A stretch of 64,000 nt of DNA from Acidimicrobiales bacterium. GTDB taxonomy: Bacteria > Actinomycetota > Acidimicrobiia > Acidimicrobiales > Bog-793. Position 1 is the stretch's first letter. Each line of letters opens with the position of its first letter. The stretch covers positions 25,099 through 89,098 of the forward strand of contig JBEKEM010000005.1 of NCBI GenBank assembly GCA_050013835.1. Direction: 5' to 3'. Below are positions 28,838-38,657 of the stretch, piece after piece. The notes under the pieces were generated by a model. That model searched no databases and was not told where the DNA came from. It saw only the letters and a list, made by a program, of their open reading frames with translations. The translations under genes and the position numbers were made by a program.

Positions 28838-31123
28838 ATGGACACGGTGAGCCCGCTCGATAGGGAGCACCTCACCACGCCGATGCTGCTCGTCGGGTTC
28901 GACGAGCAGCCGGAACCCGTCAGCTCGATCGAGCCGTTGATCTCGACGTTGGCGCTGCGCCACCCGGACGCCGACACGGCGGTCGTGCGCCGCAGCTTCG
29001 CCATGGCGAGCCGCGCCCACGAGGGCCAGCGCCGCCTGTCGGGCGAGCCGTACGTCACCCACTCGATCGCCGTCGCCCAGATCGTGGCCGACCTCGGCCT
29101 CGACGCGACGAGCGTCGTCGCCGCGCTCCTCCACGACGTGGTCGAGGACACCCCGGTCACCGTCGAGGAGATCGAGGCAGCCTTCGGCCCCGTCGTCGCC
29201 GAGATCGTCGACGGGGTCACCAAGCTCGACCGGCTGAAGTTCTCCTCGCGCGAGGCCCAGCAGGCGGCGACGGTGCGCAAGATGCTCGTCGCGATGGCGA
29301 ACGACTGGCGGGTCCTCGTCATCAAGCTCGCCGACCGGCTCCACAACATGCGCACGCTCGCCGTGATGCCCGAGTGGAAGCAGCGCCGGATCGCCCAGCA
29401 GACCCTCGACATCTACGCCCCCCTGGCCCACCGCCTCGGCATCCAGGAGATCAAGTGGCAGCTCGAGGACCTCTCGTTCTTCACCCTCCACCCGAAGCGC
29501 TACGAGGAGATCGCCCAGATGGTGGCGACCCGGGCGCCGAGCCGGGAGCTCGAGGTGGCCCAGGTCGTCGAGATCCTGAAGACCCGGTTGGCGACGCTCG
29601 GCGTCGAGGCCATCGTCACGGGACGGCCGAAGCACCTCTGGAGCATCTACGAGAAGATGGTCGTGCGCGGCAAGGAGTTCGAGGAGATCAACGATCTCGT
29701 TGGGATCCGGGTCATCGTCGACTCCGAGAAGGACTGCTGGGAGGCGCTCGGAGCGGTGCACGCCCTTTGGCCCCCGGTGCAGGGCCGCTTTAAGGACTAC
29801 ATCAACTCGCCGAAGTTCAACCTCTACCAGTCGCTGCACACGACCGTCGTCGGCCCGCGCGGCAAGCCCCTCGAAGTGCAGATCCGCACGATGGCGATGC
29901 ACCAGCGCGCCGAGCACGGCATCGCCGCCCACTGGGGCTACAAGGAGAACGCCGCCCACCCCGGGGAGGCCTCGTCGGCCGACGAGGTGCAGTGGCTGCG
30001 GCGGATCGTCGACTGGGAGCGGGAGACCCCCGACCCGATCGAGTTTCTCGAGACCCTCAAGCTCGACCTCGAACAGGACGAGGTCTACGTCTTCACCCCC
30101 AAGGGCAGGATCATCACCTTGCCGACGGGGGCGACGCCGATCGACTTCGCCTACACGATCCACACCGACGTCGGCCACCGCTGCGTCGGGGCGCGGGTCA
30201 ACGACAAGCTCGTGCCGATCGAGACGAAGCTCCAGTCGGGCGACACCGTCGAGATCATCACCTCGAAGTTCGCCACGGCGGGGCCGTCGAACGACTGGCT
30301 GAAGATCGTCGTCACGCCGAGGGCGCGCAACAAGATCCGCCAGTGGTTCAGCCGCGAGCGCCGCGAGGACGCCATCGACAACGGCCGTGACGACTTCACC
30401 AAGGAGCTGCGCCGGGAGGGCCTCCCGGTGCGGAGGCTGTTCGACTCGACGGCGCTCGAGCGGCTGGCGAGCGTGCTGGGCTACGCCGACCTCGACGGGC
30501 TCTACGCAGCCATCGGTGAGGGCCACCTCTCGGGGCGCAGCGTCGCCCAGCGGCTGCGGCGCGAGATCCTCGGCGAGGGCGACGAGCAGCTGCCGACGAC
30601 GGTGCTGCAGCCGCGCCGCTCCGCCGCCGGCGAGCCGATCTCGGCTGGCGTGTTCGTCGAGGGGCTCGACGACGTGCTCTTGCGGCTGTCGACCTGCTGC
30701 ACCCCCGTGCCGGGCGACCCGATCGTCGGCTTTGTCACGCGGGGCCGCGGCGTCTCGGTCCACCGCGCCGACTGCGTGAACGCCCTCTCGCTCGTCGGCG
30801 AGCAGCGCGAGCGGCTCGTCGAGGTCGAGTGGGACGCGGCCCAGGCGGGGCTGCACATTGCGGGCATCGGGGTGAAGGCGCTCGACCGCTCGGAGCTGCT
30901 CGCCGACGTCGCCCGCGTGCTCGCCGAGCACCACGTCGGCATCGTGGCAATTTCCGGCGAGACCGCGCCGGATAGGGTGACGAGCATGCGTTTTGAGTGC
31001 GAGCTCGCCGACAGCGCGCACCTCGACTCGGTCCTCGCCTCGCTGCGGGGCCTCGAGGGTGTCTACGACGCCTTCCGCCTCCTGCCTGGCAAGGGCAAGT
31101 CCTTCCGCGTCCCCAACCCGTGA
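28838..31123 (+). CDS. relA: Bifunctional (p)ppGpp synthetase/hydrolase RelA/SpoT homolog
   Basis: HD hydrolase motifs (YVTHSIAVAQIV, LLHDVVEDT), synthetase region (YINSPKFNLYQSLHTTV), and TGS and ACT regions. ATG 28838. The upstream 573 codons of the 1334-aa track ORF overlap the GT87 gene in another frame and were rejected. Confidence 0.95.
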   Translation: MDTVSPLDREHLTTPMLLVGFDEQPEPVSSIEPLISTLALRHPDADTAVVRRSFAMASRAHEGQRRLSGEPYVTHSIAVAQIVADLGLDATSVVAALLHDVVEDTPVTVEEIEAAFGPVVAEIVDGVTKLDRLKFSSREAQQAATVRKMLVAMANDWRVLVIKLADRLHNMRTLAVMPEWKQRRIAQQTLDIYAPLAHRLGIQEIKWQLEDLSFFTLHPKRYEEIAQMVATRAPSRELEVAQVVEILKTRLATLGVEAIVTGRPKHLWSIYEKMVVRGKEFEEINDLVGIRVIVDSEKDCWEALGAVHALWPPVQGRFKDYINSPKFNLYQSLHTTVVGPRGKPLEVQIRTMAMHQRAEHGIAAHWGYKENAAHPGEASSADEVQWLRRIVDWERETPDPIEFLETLKLDLEQDEVYVFTPKGRIITLPTGATPIDFAYTIHTDVGHRCVGARVNDKLVPIETKLQSGDTVEIITSKFATAGPSNDWLKIVVTPRARNKIRQWFSRERREDAIDNGRDDFTKELRREGLPVRRLFDSTALERLASVLGYADLDGLYAAIGEGHLSGRSVAQRLRREILGEGDEQLPTTVLQPRRSAAGEPISAGVFVEGLDDVLLRLSTCCTPVPGDPIVGFVTRGRGVSVHRADCVNALSLVGEQRERLVEVEWDAAQAGLHIAGIGVKALDRSELLADVARVLAEHHVGIVAISGETAPDRVTSMRFECELADSAHLDSVLASLRGLEGVYDAFRLLPGKGKSFRVPNP

Positions 31124-32382
31124 GCGCCTTTCAGGCGCCGACCGGGACGCGCGACGTCCTCCCGCCCGAGAGCGCGCGCTTCGCAGCCGTCGTCGCCCGC
31201 TTCGCCGGGCTCGCCCGCACGGCCGGCTACGGGCTCCTCGTCTCGCCGATGTTCGAGGATTCCCAGGTCTTCCGGCGCGGCGCCGGCGCGTCGACCGACA
31301 TCGTGCAGAAAGAGATGTACGAGTTCGAGGACAAAGGCGGCCGGACGCTGGCGTTGCGACCCGAGGGAACGGCGTCGGTCGTGCGCGCCTTCATCCAGCA
31401 CCACCCGCACGTACCCTGGAAGGTCTGGTACGCGACGCCCGCCTTCCGCTACGAAAGGCCCCAGGCGGGGCGCTACCGCCAGCACCACCAGCTCGGCGTG
31501 GAGGCGATCGGCTCCGCCGACGCGGATCTCGACGTCGAGGTGATCTCGCTCGGCGCTGACTTCCTCGCCGCGCTCGGGTTGACGGGGGTCCATCTCCGGG
31601 TGAACTCGATGGGCGACGACGCCTGCCTTCCGGGATACCGCGCGCTGCTCGCGGACTTCCTCGGCGCTGTCGAGACGGAGCTCTGCGACGAGCACGCCAG
31701 GCGTTGGAAGGCGAACCCGCTGCGGGTGCTCGACTGCAAGGACCCGGCCTGTGTGGCGCTCCACGCCGCGGCGCCGCGGCTCGGCGATGCGCTCTGCGAG
31801 GCCTGCCGGGCGCACCTCGACCGGGTGACGGCGGGGCTGGACGCGGTCGGCATTGAGTGGTCCCGCGACGAGTTCCTCGTGCGAGGCTTCGACTACTACA
31901 CCCGGACGACCTTCGAGTTCGTGGCGCCGGCCCTCTCGGCCGCCCAGGACGTCGTGCTGGGCGGCGGCCGCTACGACAAGCTCGTCGCCGCCCTCGGCGG
32001 CGAGCCCACACCCGGGATCGGCTTCGGCTGCGGGATCGAACGGGTGCTGCTCGCCCGCGACGCCGAGGGGGCGCCGGGCGCGGACGGCGGCGCGGTCGAC
32101 GTCTTCGTCGTCGACCTCGTCGGCGGGACGGCGGCCCGCGACCTCGCCGCGCGGCTGCGCCGGTCGGGCGTCGCGACCGACCGGGCCTTCGACAACCGGT
32201 CGATGAAGTCCCAACTTCGCCAGGCTGACAGGAGCCACGCCCGCCTCGCCGTGATCGTCGGCGCCGAGGAGGAGGCGGCGGGGACGGTCACCGTGCGCGT
32301 GCTGCGGGGCGAGGGGGCGGGGAGCCAGGAGTCGGTGGCGGCGGCCGCCCTCGAGGGCGCGATCGGAAGGTGGATCGGATGA
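31120..32382 (+). CDS. hisS: Histidine--tRNA ligase
   Basis: GTG 31120 overlaps the relA stop (GTGA). APTGTRDVLPPE, LRPEGTASVVRA and the FRYERPQAGRYRQHHQ class II motifs are present. Confidence 0.95.
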   Translation: MSAFQAPTGTRDVLPPESARFAAVVARFAGLARTAGYGLLVSPMFEDSQVFRRGAGASTDIVQKEMYEFEDKGGRTLALRPEGTASVVRAFIQHHPHVPWKVWYATPAFRYERPQAGRYRQHHQLGVEAIGSADADLDVEVISLGADFLAALGLTGVHLRVNSMGDDACLPGYRALLADFLGAVETELCDEHARRWKANPLRVLDCKDPACVALHAAAPRLGDALCEACRAHLDRVTAGLDAVGIEWSRDEFLVRGFDYYTRTTFEFVAPALSAAQDVVLGGGRYDKLVAALGGEPTPGIGFGCGIERVLLARDAEGAPGADGGAVDVFVVDLVGGTAARDLAARLRRSGVATDRAFDNRSMKSQLRQADRSHARLAVIVGAEEEAAGTVTVRVLRGEGAGSQESVAAAALEGAIGRWIG

Positions 32383-34175
32383 ACGTCGATGACGGGCCGC
32401 CGGAGGGAATCCGCATGCGCACCCACTACTGCGGCGTGCTGCGTGCCGGTGACGCCGGCACGCGGGTCTCGGTCTGCGGCTGGGTGGCCCGCCGGCGCGA
32501 ACACGGCGAGCTGCTCGCCTTCCTCGATGTCCGCGACCACACCGGTATCGTCCAGTGCGTCGTCGAGCGGGCACACGCCATCCGGCCCGAGTACGTCGTG
32601 CGCGTGACGGGCACGGTGAGGATCCGCCCCGAGGGGACGGCGAACCTGCAGCTGGCGACCGGCGAGATCGAGCTCGGCGACTGCACGGTGGAGACGCTGG
32701 CGACCTGCGAGCCGGTGCCGTTCTCGCTCGACGAGCGGGCCGAGACCGATGAGCCGATCCGGCTGCGCTACCGCTACATCGACCTGCGCACCGAGCGGAT
32801 GCAGGCGAACCTGCGGCTGCGCTCGGTCGTCAACTCGGCGATCCGGCGCTCGATGGAGCGGCAGGGCTTCGTCGAGATCGAGACGCCGCTGCTGTGGACG
32901 CCGACGCCGGAGGGCGCGCGCGAGTTCGTGGTGCCGTCGCGCCTCCAGCAGGGCCTGTTCTACGCCCTCCCCCAGAGCCCCCAGATCGCCAAGCAGCTGA
33001 CGATGATTGGCGGCTTCGACCGCTACTACCAGCTGGCGCGGTGCCTGCGAGACGAGGACCTCCGGGCGGACCGGCAGTTCGAGTTCACCCAGCTCGACGT
33101 GGAGGCGAGCTTCGTCGGTCAGGACGAGATCCTCGGCTTCGTCACCGAGGCGATGGTCGAGGCGACCGAGGCCGCCACCGGCGAGCGTCCCGGCGAGTTC
33201 GCCCGGATGACCTGGGCCGAGGCGCTCGACCTCTACGGCACGGACAAGCCGGACCTGCGCTTCGGGATGGAGCTCGTCGACCTCTCGGCGGTCCTCGCCG
33301 GGAGCTCCTTTAAGGCGTTCGATGCGCCGGTCGTGAAGGCGGTCGTGGTCCCGGGCGGGGCGACGATGGCGCGCGCCCGCCTCGACGAGCTCGTCGAGCG
33401 CGCCAAGTCCCTCGGCGCCAAGGGCCTCGTCTGGATGCGGGCGGCCGGCGACCCGGTCACCCTCGACAGCCCCGCCGCCAAGTACCTCGCCGAGGCCGAG
33501 CTCGCCGGCATCGCCCGGGCGGCCGGGGCCCGCGCCGGCGACCTCGTGCTGATCGTCGCCGACGAGCACCGCCGCGCCTGCGAGGTACTGGGCCAGCTGC
33601 GGCTCGACCTCGGCCGCCCGGCGGGGGTCAAGGGCCCGCTCCGGTTCTGCTGGGTCGTCGACTTCCCCCTTTTCGACGGCGTGGACGAGAAGGGCAACCC
33701 GCAGGCGGCCCACCACCCCTTCACGATGCCGTACCTCGAGGACCTCGACCGACTCGACTCGGACCCGTTCAGCGTGCGGGCGCAGAGCTACGACCTCGTC
33801 GCCAACGGCTGGGAGCTCGGCTCGGGATCGATCCGGATCCACCGCCCCGAGCTGCAGCGGCGGATCTTCGCGGCCCTCGGCATCTCGGAGGCCGACGCGG
33901 AGTCCCGCTTCGGGTTCCTCCTCGACGCCTACCGCTACGGCGGGCCGCCGCACGGCGGGTTCGCCGTCGGCCTCGACCGCTTCGTCGCCATCCTCGCCGG
34001 CGAGGAGAACATCCGCGAGGTGATCGCCTTCCCGAAGACCCAGTCCGGGTCGGACCCCATGACCGGCGGGCCGCTGCCGCTCGGGCCGGAGCGCCTCGCC
34101 GAGCTCGGCGTGCGTATCGTCGCCGCCTCGCCGGCCAAGCCCCCGAAGCCGCCCAGGGCCACGGGGGCGGGCTAG
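32379..34175 (+). CDS. aspS: Aspartate--tRNA ligase
   Basis: MRTHYCG..., FLDVRDHTGIVQ OB-fold, FRDEDLRADRQFEFTQLD-type motif 2 (CLRDEDLRADRQFEFTQLD) and GGPPHGGFAVGLDR motif 3. ATG 32379 overlaps the hisS stop (ATGA). ATG 32415 is an alternative start. Confidence 0.95.
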   Translation: MNVDDGPPEGIRMRTHYCGVLRAGDAGTRVSVCGWVARRREHGELLAFLDVRDHTGIVQCVVERAHAIRPEYVVRVTGTVRIRPEGTANLQLATGEIELGDCTVETLATCEPVPFSLDERAETDEPIRLRYRYIDLRTERMQANLRLRSVVNSAIRRSMERQGFVEIETPLLWTPTPEGAREFVVPSRLQQGLFYALPQSPQIAKQLTMIGGFDRYYQLARCLRDEDLRADRQFEFTQLDVEASFVGQDEILGFVTEAMVEATEAATGERPGEFARMTWAEALDLYGTDKPDLRFGMELVDLSAVLAGSSFKAFDAPVVKAVVVPGGATMARARLDELVERAKSLGAKGLVWMRAAGDPVTLDSPAAKYLAEAELAGIARAAGARAGDLVLIVADEHRRACEVLGQLRLDLGRPAGVKGPLRFCWVVDFPLFDGVDEKGNPQAAHHPFTMPYLEDLDRLDSDPFSVRAQSYDLVANGWELGSGSIRIHRPELQRRIFAALGISEADAESRFGFLLDAYRYGGPPHGGFAVGLDRFVAILAGEENIREVIAFPKTQSGSDPMTGGPLPLGPERLAELGVRIVAASPAKPPKPPRATGAG

Positions 34176-34184
34176 GGGGCGCGC

Positions 34185-35546
34185 ATGGCGCAGCGACCCG
34201 GTGAGGACCTCTTCGACGCCGCGGCCGCCGAGGAGCTCGCCCGCACGGCGCCGCTCGCCACCCGGCTGCGGCCCAGGTCGCTCGAGGAGTTCGTCGGCCA
34301 GCGCCACCTCGTCGGGCCCGGTGCCACCCTGCGGGCCCTCATCGAGGCGGACCGGCTCTCCTCGGCGGTCTTCTTCGGCCCGGCGGGCTCGGGCAAGACG
34401 ACGCTCGCCCGCATCGTCGCGGCAAGGTCGGCCAAGGTCTTCGTGGCGCTCTCAGCGACCTCGGCGGGGGTGAAGGACATCCGCGAGATCCTCGAGGCGG
34501 CCCGGCGAGAGCTGGGGACCAGCGGGCGGGGGACGATCCTTTTCCTCGACGAGATCCACCGCTTCTCCCGCTCCCAGCAGGACGCCTTGCTCCCAGGGGT
34601 GGAGGAGGGCCTCGTCGTACTCATCGGGGCGACCACGGAGAACCCGTTCTTCTCGCTCACCTCGCCGCTGCTCTCGCGCTCGACACTGTGGCGCTTCGAG
34701 GCGATCGGCCGGGAGGACCTCGGCCTCCTCGGCCGCCGGGCGGTCGGGGCCGAAAAGGCGCGGATCGACGACGACGCCCTCGAGGCGTGCTGCGACCTTG
34801 CCGACGGCGACGCCCGGGCGATGTTGACGACGATCGAGATCGCCCTCGCCGTCGCCCACGCCCGGGTAGAGGCCGAGGTCGTGATCGGGCGGGACGACGT
34901 CGAGGCGGCGCGGACAACCCGCGCCATCCGCCACGGGCGCGACGCCCACTACGACATCATCAGCGCTTTCATCAAGTCGGTACGCGGCTCGGACCCCGAC
35001 GCGGCGGTCTACTGGCTCGCCCGCCTGCTCGCCGCGGGCGAGGACCCGCGGTTCGTCGCCCGTCGGCTCGTCATCCTCGCCAGCGAGGACGTGGGGATGG
35101 CCGACCCGCTGGGCCTCGTCGTCGCCGAAGCAGCCGCGGCCGCTCTCGACCGGGTGGGCCTTCCCGAGGCGGCGCTCAATCTCGCCGAGGCGGTCGTCTA
35201 CCTCGCCACGGCTCCGAAGTCGAACCGCTCGGCGTCGGCGCTGTGGGCGGCGCAGTCCGACGTCGAGGGCGGCGCCCTCGGCGACGTGCCGGCGCGGCTG
35301 CGGGGTTCGAACTACCCGGGCGCCGAGGCGCTCGGGCACGGCGTCGGCTACGAGTATCCTCACGATGACCCGCGCGGCTGGGTCGAAGCCGACTACCTTC
35401 CGGCCGAGCTCATAGGGCGGCGCTACTACGAGCCATCCGAGCACGGGGCCGAGGCCGGGATCGCCCGGCGGCTCGAGACCCTGCGAGGCCGACGGCACGG
35501 TGCCGCGTCCGGGGACGAGGGACCTGAGGAGAACCGGACACGGTGA
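34185..35546 (+). CDS. rarA: Replication-associated recombination protein A (AAA+ ATPase RarA/MgsA)
   Basis: Walker A GPAGSGKTTLA, Walker B ILFLDEIHRF, and C-terminal MgsA region DAAVYWLARLLAAGEDPRFVARRL. Confidence 0.9.
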   Translation: MAQRPGEDLFDAAAAEELARTAPLATRLRPRSLEEFVGQRHLVGPGATLRALIEADRLSSAVFFGPAGSGKTTLARIVAARSAKVFVALSATSAGVKDIREILEAARRELGTSGRGTILFLDEIHRFSRSQQDALLPGVEEGLVVLIGATTENPFFSLTSPLLSRSTLWRFEAIGREDLGLLGRRAVGAEKARIDDDALEACCDLADGDARAMLTTIEIALAVAHARVEAEVVIGRDDVEAARTTRAIRHGRDAHYDIISAFIKSVRGSDPDAAVYWLARLLAAGEDPRFVARRLVILASEDVGMADPLGLVVAEAAAAALDRVGLPEAALNLAEAVVYLATAPKSNRSASALWAAQSDVEGGALGDVPARLRGSNYPGAEALGHGVGYEYPHDDPRGWVEADYLPAELIGRRYYEPSEHGAEAGIARRLETLRGRRHGAASGDEGPEENRTR

Positions 35547-35550
35547 CGAG

Positions 35551-38160
35551 ATGACGATCACGAGCGGCCAGCTGCGGGCGAGCTTCACCCGCTTCTTCGT
35601 CGAGCGGGGGCACGCCGACCTGCCGCCGGCGAGCCTCGTGCCGGTGGACCCCTCGGTCATGTTCACGATCGCCGGGATGGTCCAGTTCAAGCGGTACTTC
35701 ACGGGCGAGGAGCGGCCGCCGGTCGCGCGGGCGACGACCGTCCAGCCGTGCTTCCGTATGTCCGACATCGACATCATCGGGACGACGACGCGCCACGAGA
35801 CGCTGTTCGAGATGCTCGGCAACTTCAGCTTCGGCGACTACTTCAAGGAGCAGGCGATCCCGTTCGCCTGGGAGCTCGTGACCGAGGTCTTCGGTTTCGA
35901 CCCTGACCGGCTGTGGGTCACGATCCACGAGTCCGACGACGACTCGGCCGGGATCTGGCAGGAGACGGCGAAGCTGCCGGCCGAGCGGATCCAGAAGATG
36001 GGCGAGGACAACTTCTGGAAGATGGGCGACACCGGCCCGTGCGGGCCGTGCTCCGAGATCTACTACGACCGCGGCGACCAGTTCGGCCCGGGGGGCGGTC
36101 CAGCCGCGGGGGACTCCGAGCGCTACTGCGAGATCTGGAACCTCGTCTTCATGCAGTTCGAGCGCGACGCCGACGGGATGCTCACCGAGCTCCCGAACAA
36201 GAACATCGACACCGGGGCCGGGCTCGAGCGGATCCTCACGTTGCTCCAGGGCGTCGACTCGCTTTTCGAGACCGACCTGTTGTCCCCGGTCGTCGAGGCC
36301 GCGGCCCGGCTGACCCGGTCGAGGGTCGGCCGGGACGAGCCGACCGACGTGGCGTTGCGCATCCTCGCCGACCACGCCCGGGCGGCGACCTTCCTCGTCT
36401 CGGACGGCGTCTTCCCCTCGAACGAAGGGCGGGGGTACGTGCTGCGCCGCGTCATGCGCCGCGCCGCGCTGCGGGCCCACCAGCTGGGCGTGGGCGAGAT
36501 CGTGCTGCCGGACCTCACGGACGCCGTCGTCGCGACGCTCGGTGACGCCTACCCGAAGCTCGTCCGGGACGCCTCGCTCGTGCGGACGGTCGTCGGCCAC
36601 GAGGAGGAGGCCTTCCGCCGGACGCTGCGCGCCGGGTCGCAGCTCATCGACTCCGAGCTCGGCCGGGGGGGAAAGGTGCTCGGTGGCGCCGCCGCTTTCA
36701 AGCTGCACGACACGTACGGCTTCCCGATCGACCTGACCGTCGAGGTCGCCGGGGCCCGCGGCGTCGCCGTCGACCGGGCCGGTTTCGAGGCGGCGATGGA
36801 GGAGCAGCGCCAGCGGGGACGCGAGGCGCGCAGCACCGCGGCCGACTCGAAGCGGGAGGGCGTGCGTGACGTCCTCGAGGCCTTCGGGCCGACCGTCTTC
36901 CTCGGCTACACGGAGACCTCCGCCGCCGCCCGGGTGCTCGGCGTCGAGGCCCGTCCCGACGCCGCCGGGTTTGCCAACATCGACGGCGAGACGGTGCCGG
37001 AGGGCGCCGAGCTCGTCGACGTCTTCCTCGACCGGACTCCTTTCTACGCCGAGTCCGGCGGCCAGGTCGGCGACACGGGGACGATCACGGCCGCGACGGG
37101 CGAGTTCCGGGTCCTCGACACCACCTCGGCCGACGGGGTGACCTGCCACACCGGCTACGTCGTCTCGGGGGAGGTCGCCCCCGGGGCCGAGGTCACGGCG
37201 GCGATCGACGTGGCGCGGCGCGAGTCGATCCGCCGCAACCACACGGCGACCCATCTTCTCCACTGGGCGCTGCGGGCGACCCTCGGCGAGCACGTGCGCC
37301 AGCAGGGCTCGCTCGTCGCCCCCGACCGGCTGCGGTTCGACTTCAGCCACTTCGCCGCCGTCACGCCGGACGAGCTCGCGACCGTCGAGGACCTGGTCTC
37401 GGCGGCGATCCTCACCGACTCGCCTGTCGAGGTCAACGAGGCCTCGCGGGCCGAGGCCGAGGCGGCGGGCGCGATCGCCTTCTTCGGCGAGAAGTACGGC
37501 GAGCGGGTCCGGGTCGTCCGGGCCGGGCCGGAGTCGACCGAGCTGTGCGGCGGGACCCACGTCCCGGCGCTCGGCACGATCGGGCCGTTCCGCATCGTCT
37601 CGGAGAGCTCGATCGGGGCGAACACGCGGCGGATCGAGGCGACCACTGGCACCGGCTCGTACGCCCAGATCCGTCGGCTCACCTCGGTGGCGGCGGTCGC
37701 GGCGGCGACACTGCACACGACCCCCGACGAGCTCGCCGAGGCGGTCGAGCGCCTGGTCGAGCGGGAGCGCGCGCTTCTCGACGAGCTGCGGCGTCTCCAG
37801 GCGCGGGCACTCGCCGCCGAGGCACACGAGCTCGCCGCCGCAGCCGAGGCGGGCCGTGTCGTCGCCCGGCGCGACGGCGTCGACGCGGGGACGCTGCGCG
37901 ATCTCGCCCTCGCCGTACGGCGCGAGCCCGGTGTCGACTCCGTCGGGCTCGCCGGCACGACCGCCGACGGGCGGGTCGCCATCGTCGTCGCGACGACCAA
38001 GTCGAGCGGCGTCGACGCCCGCCCGGTCGCCTCGGCGGCGGCGGCCGCAGTGGGCGGAGGCGGGGGGGGATCGCCGGAGCTCGCCACGGCCGGCGGCCGA
38101 GACTCGGGCGCCATCGACGAGGCGCTGGCGACGATGCGCACACTTCTCGGCACTCCTTGA
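35551..38160 (+). CDS. alaS: Alanine--tRNA ligase
   Basis: ATG 35551, 4 nt after the rarA stop. FFVERGH, MFTIAGMVQFK, FEMLGNFSFGDYFK and the editing-domain HTATHLLH...CGGTHV motifs are present. Confidence 0.95.
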   Translation: MTITSGQLRASFTRFFVERGHADLPPASLVPVDPSVMFTIAGMVQFKRYFTGEERPPVARATTVQPCFRMSDIDIIGTTTRHETLFEMLGNFSFGDYFKEQAIPFAWELVTEVFGFDPDRLWVTIHESDDDSAGIWQETAKLPAERIQKMGEDNFWKMGDTGPCGPCSEIYYDRGDQFGPGGGPAAGDSERYCEIWNLVFMQFERDADGMLTELPNKNIDTGAGLERILTLLQGVDSLFETDLLSPVVEAAARLTRSRVGRDEPTDVALRILADHARAATFLVSDGVFPSNEGRGYVLRRVMRRAALRAHQLGVGEIVLPDLTDAVVATLGDAYPKLVRDASLVRTVVGHEEEAFRRTLRAGSQLIDSELGRGGKVLGGAAAFKLHDTYGFPIDLTVEVAGARGVAVDRAGFEAAMEEQRQRGREARSTAADSKREGVRDVLEAFGPTVFLGYTETSAAARVLGVEARPDAAGFANIDGETVPEGAELVDVFLDRTPFYAESGGQVGDTGTITAATGEFRVLDTTSADGVTCHTGYVVSGEVAPGAEVTAAIDVARRESIRRNHTATHLLHWALRATLGEHVRQQGSLVAPDRLRFDFSHFAAVTPDELATVEDLVSAAILTDSPVEVNEASRAEAEAAGAIAFFGEKYGERVRVVRAGPESTELCGGTHVPALGTIGPFRIVSESSIGANTRRIEATTGTGSYAQIRRLTSVAAVAAATLHTTPDELAEAVERLVERERALLDELRRLQARALAAEAHELAAAAEAGRVVARRDGVDAGTLRDLALAVRREPGVDSVGLAGTTADGRVAIVVATTKSSGVDARPVASAAAAAVGGGGGGSPELATAGGRDSGAIDEALATMRTLLGTP

Positions 38161-38657
38161 ACGAGGGCCCCGAGCATCCGCCCGCCAGCGGCGGGCCGGG
38201 GCCGTGCCTCGGTCTCGACCTCGGTGAGGCACGCATCGGCGTGGCGGTCACGGACTCGGCGCGCACGGTCGCCGTCCCGCGGTCGGTCCTCGCCCGCTCG
38301 GGCGACGAGACGGCTGACCACGCGGCGATCGCGCGCCTCGTCGCCGACGTGGGCGCGACTCTCGTCGTGGTGGGCGTGCCGCTTGGCCTCGACGGGGGGG
38401 TCGGCGCGGCGGCGGCACAGGCGGCTTCCGAGGCGGCCCGGCTGCGCGCGACGCTCGACGTCCCGGTCGCGACGGTCGATGAGCGGCTCTCGACGGTCGA
38501 GGCCGCCCGCCGGCGGCGCGAGGCCGACCCCGCCCGAAGGGGCCCCGCCGACCGCCCGCGTCCCCGCCGGCCCGTTGGGAGGCGGCGCCCGCCCGTCGAC
38601 GCCGGCGCCGCGGCGGTGATCCTCCAGGCCTTCATCGACCGGGAGCGGCGACGGTGA
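38157..38657 (+). CDS. ruvX: Holliday junction resolvase-like pre-16S rRNA nuclease RuvX (YqgF)
   Basis: LGLDLGEARIGVAVTD and C-terminal AAAVILQAFIDRE. The only in-frame start near the domain is TTG 38157, which overlaps the alaS stop (TTGA). An Arg/Pro-rich insert precedes the C-terminal helix. Confidence 0.8.
   Translation: MNEGPEHPPASGGPGPCLGLDLGEARIGVAVTDSARTVAVPRSVLARSGDETADHAAIARLVADVGATLVVVGVPLGLDGGVGAAAAQAASEAARLRATLDVPVATVDERLSTVEAARRRREADPARRGPADRPRPRRPVGRRRPPVDAGAAAVILQAFIDRERRR

Noticed and set aside
38041-38070. G8 homopolymer in alaS and several G7 runs elsewhere (for example 16121-16130, 17751-17761, 36661-36670), considered as phase-variation tracts
   Set aside because: They lie inside essential or ordinary genes and encode Gly runs. 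The reading frames are intact. Such runs are expected at this G+C content.
28613-38232. Very long minus-strand ORFs (802, 778 and 940 aa) opposite relA, aspS and alaS
   Set aside because: They are classic antisense shadows of highly conserved genes in a genome nearly devoid of stop codons on the complementary frame. They lack motifs and plausible starts.
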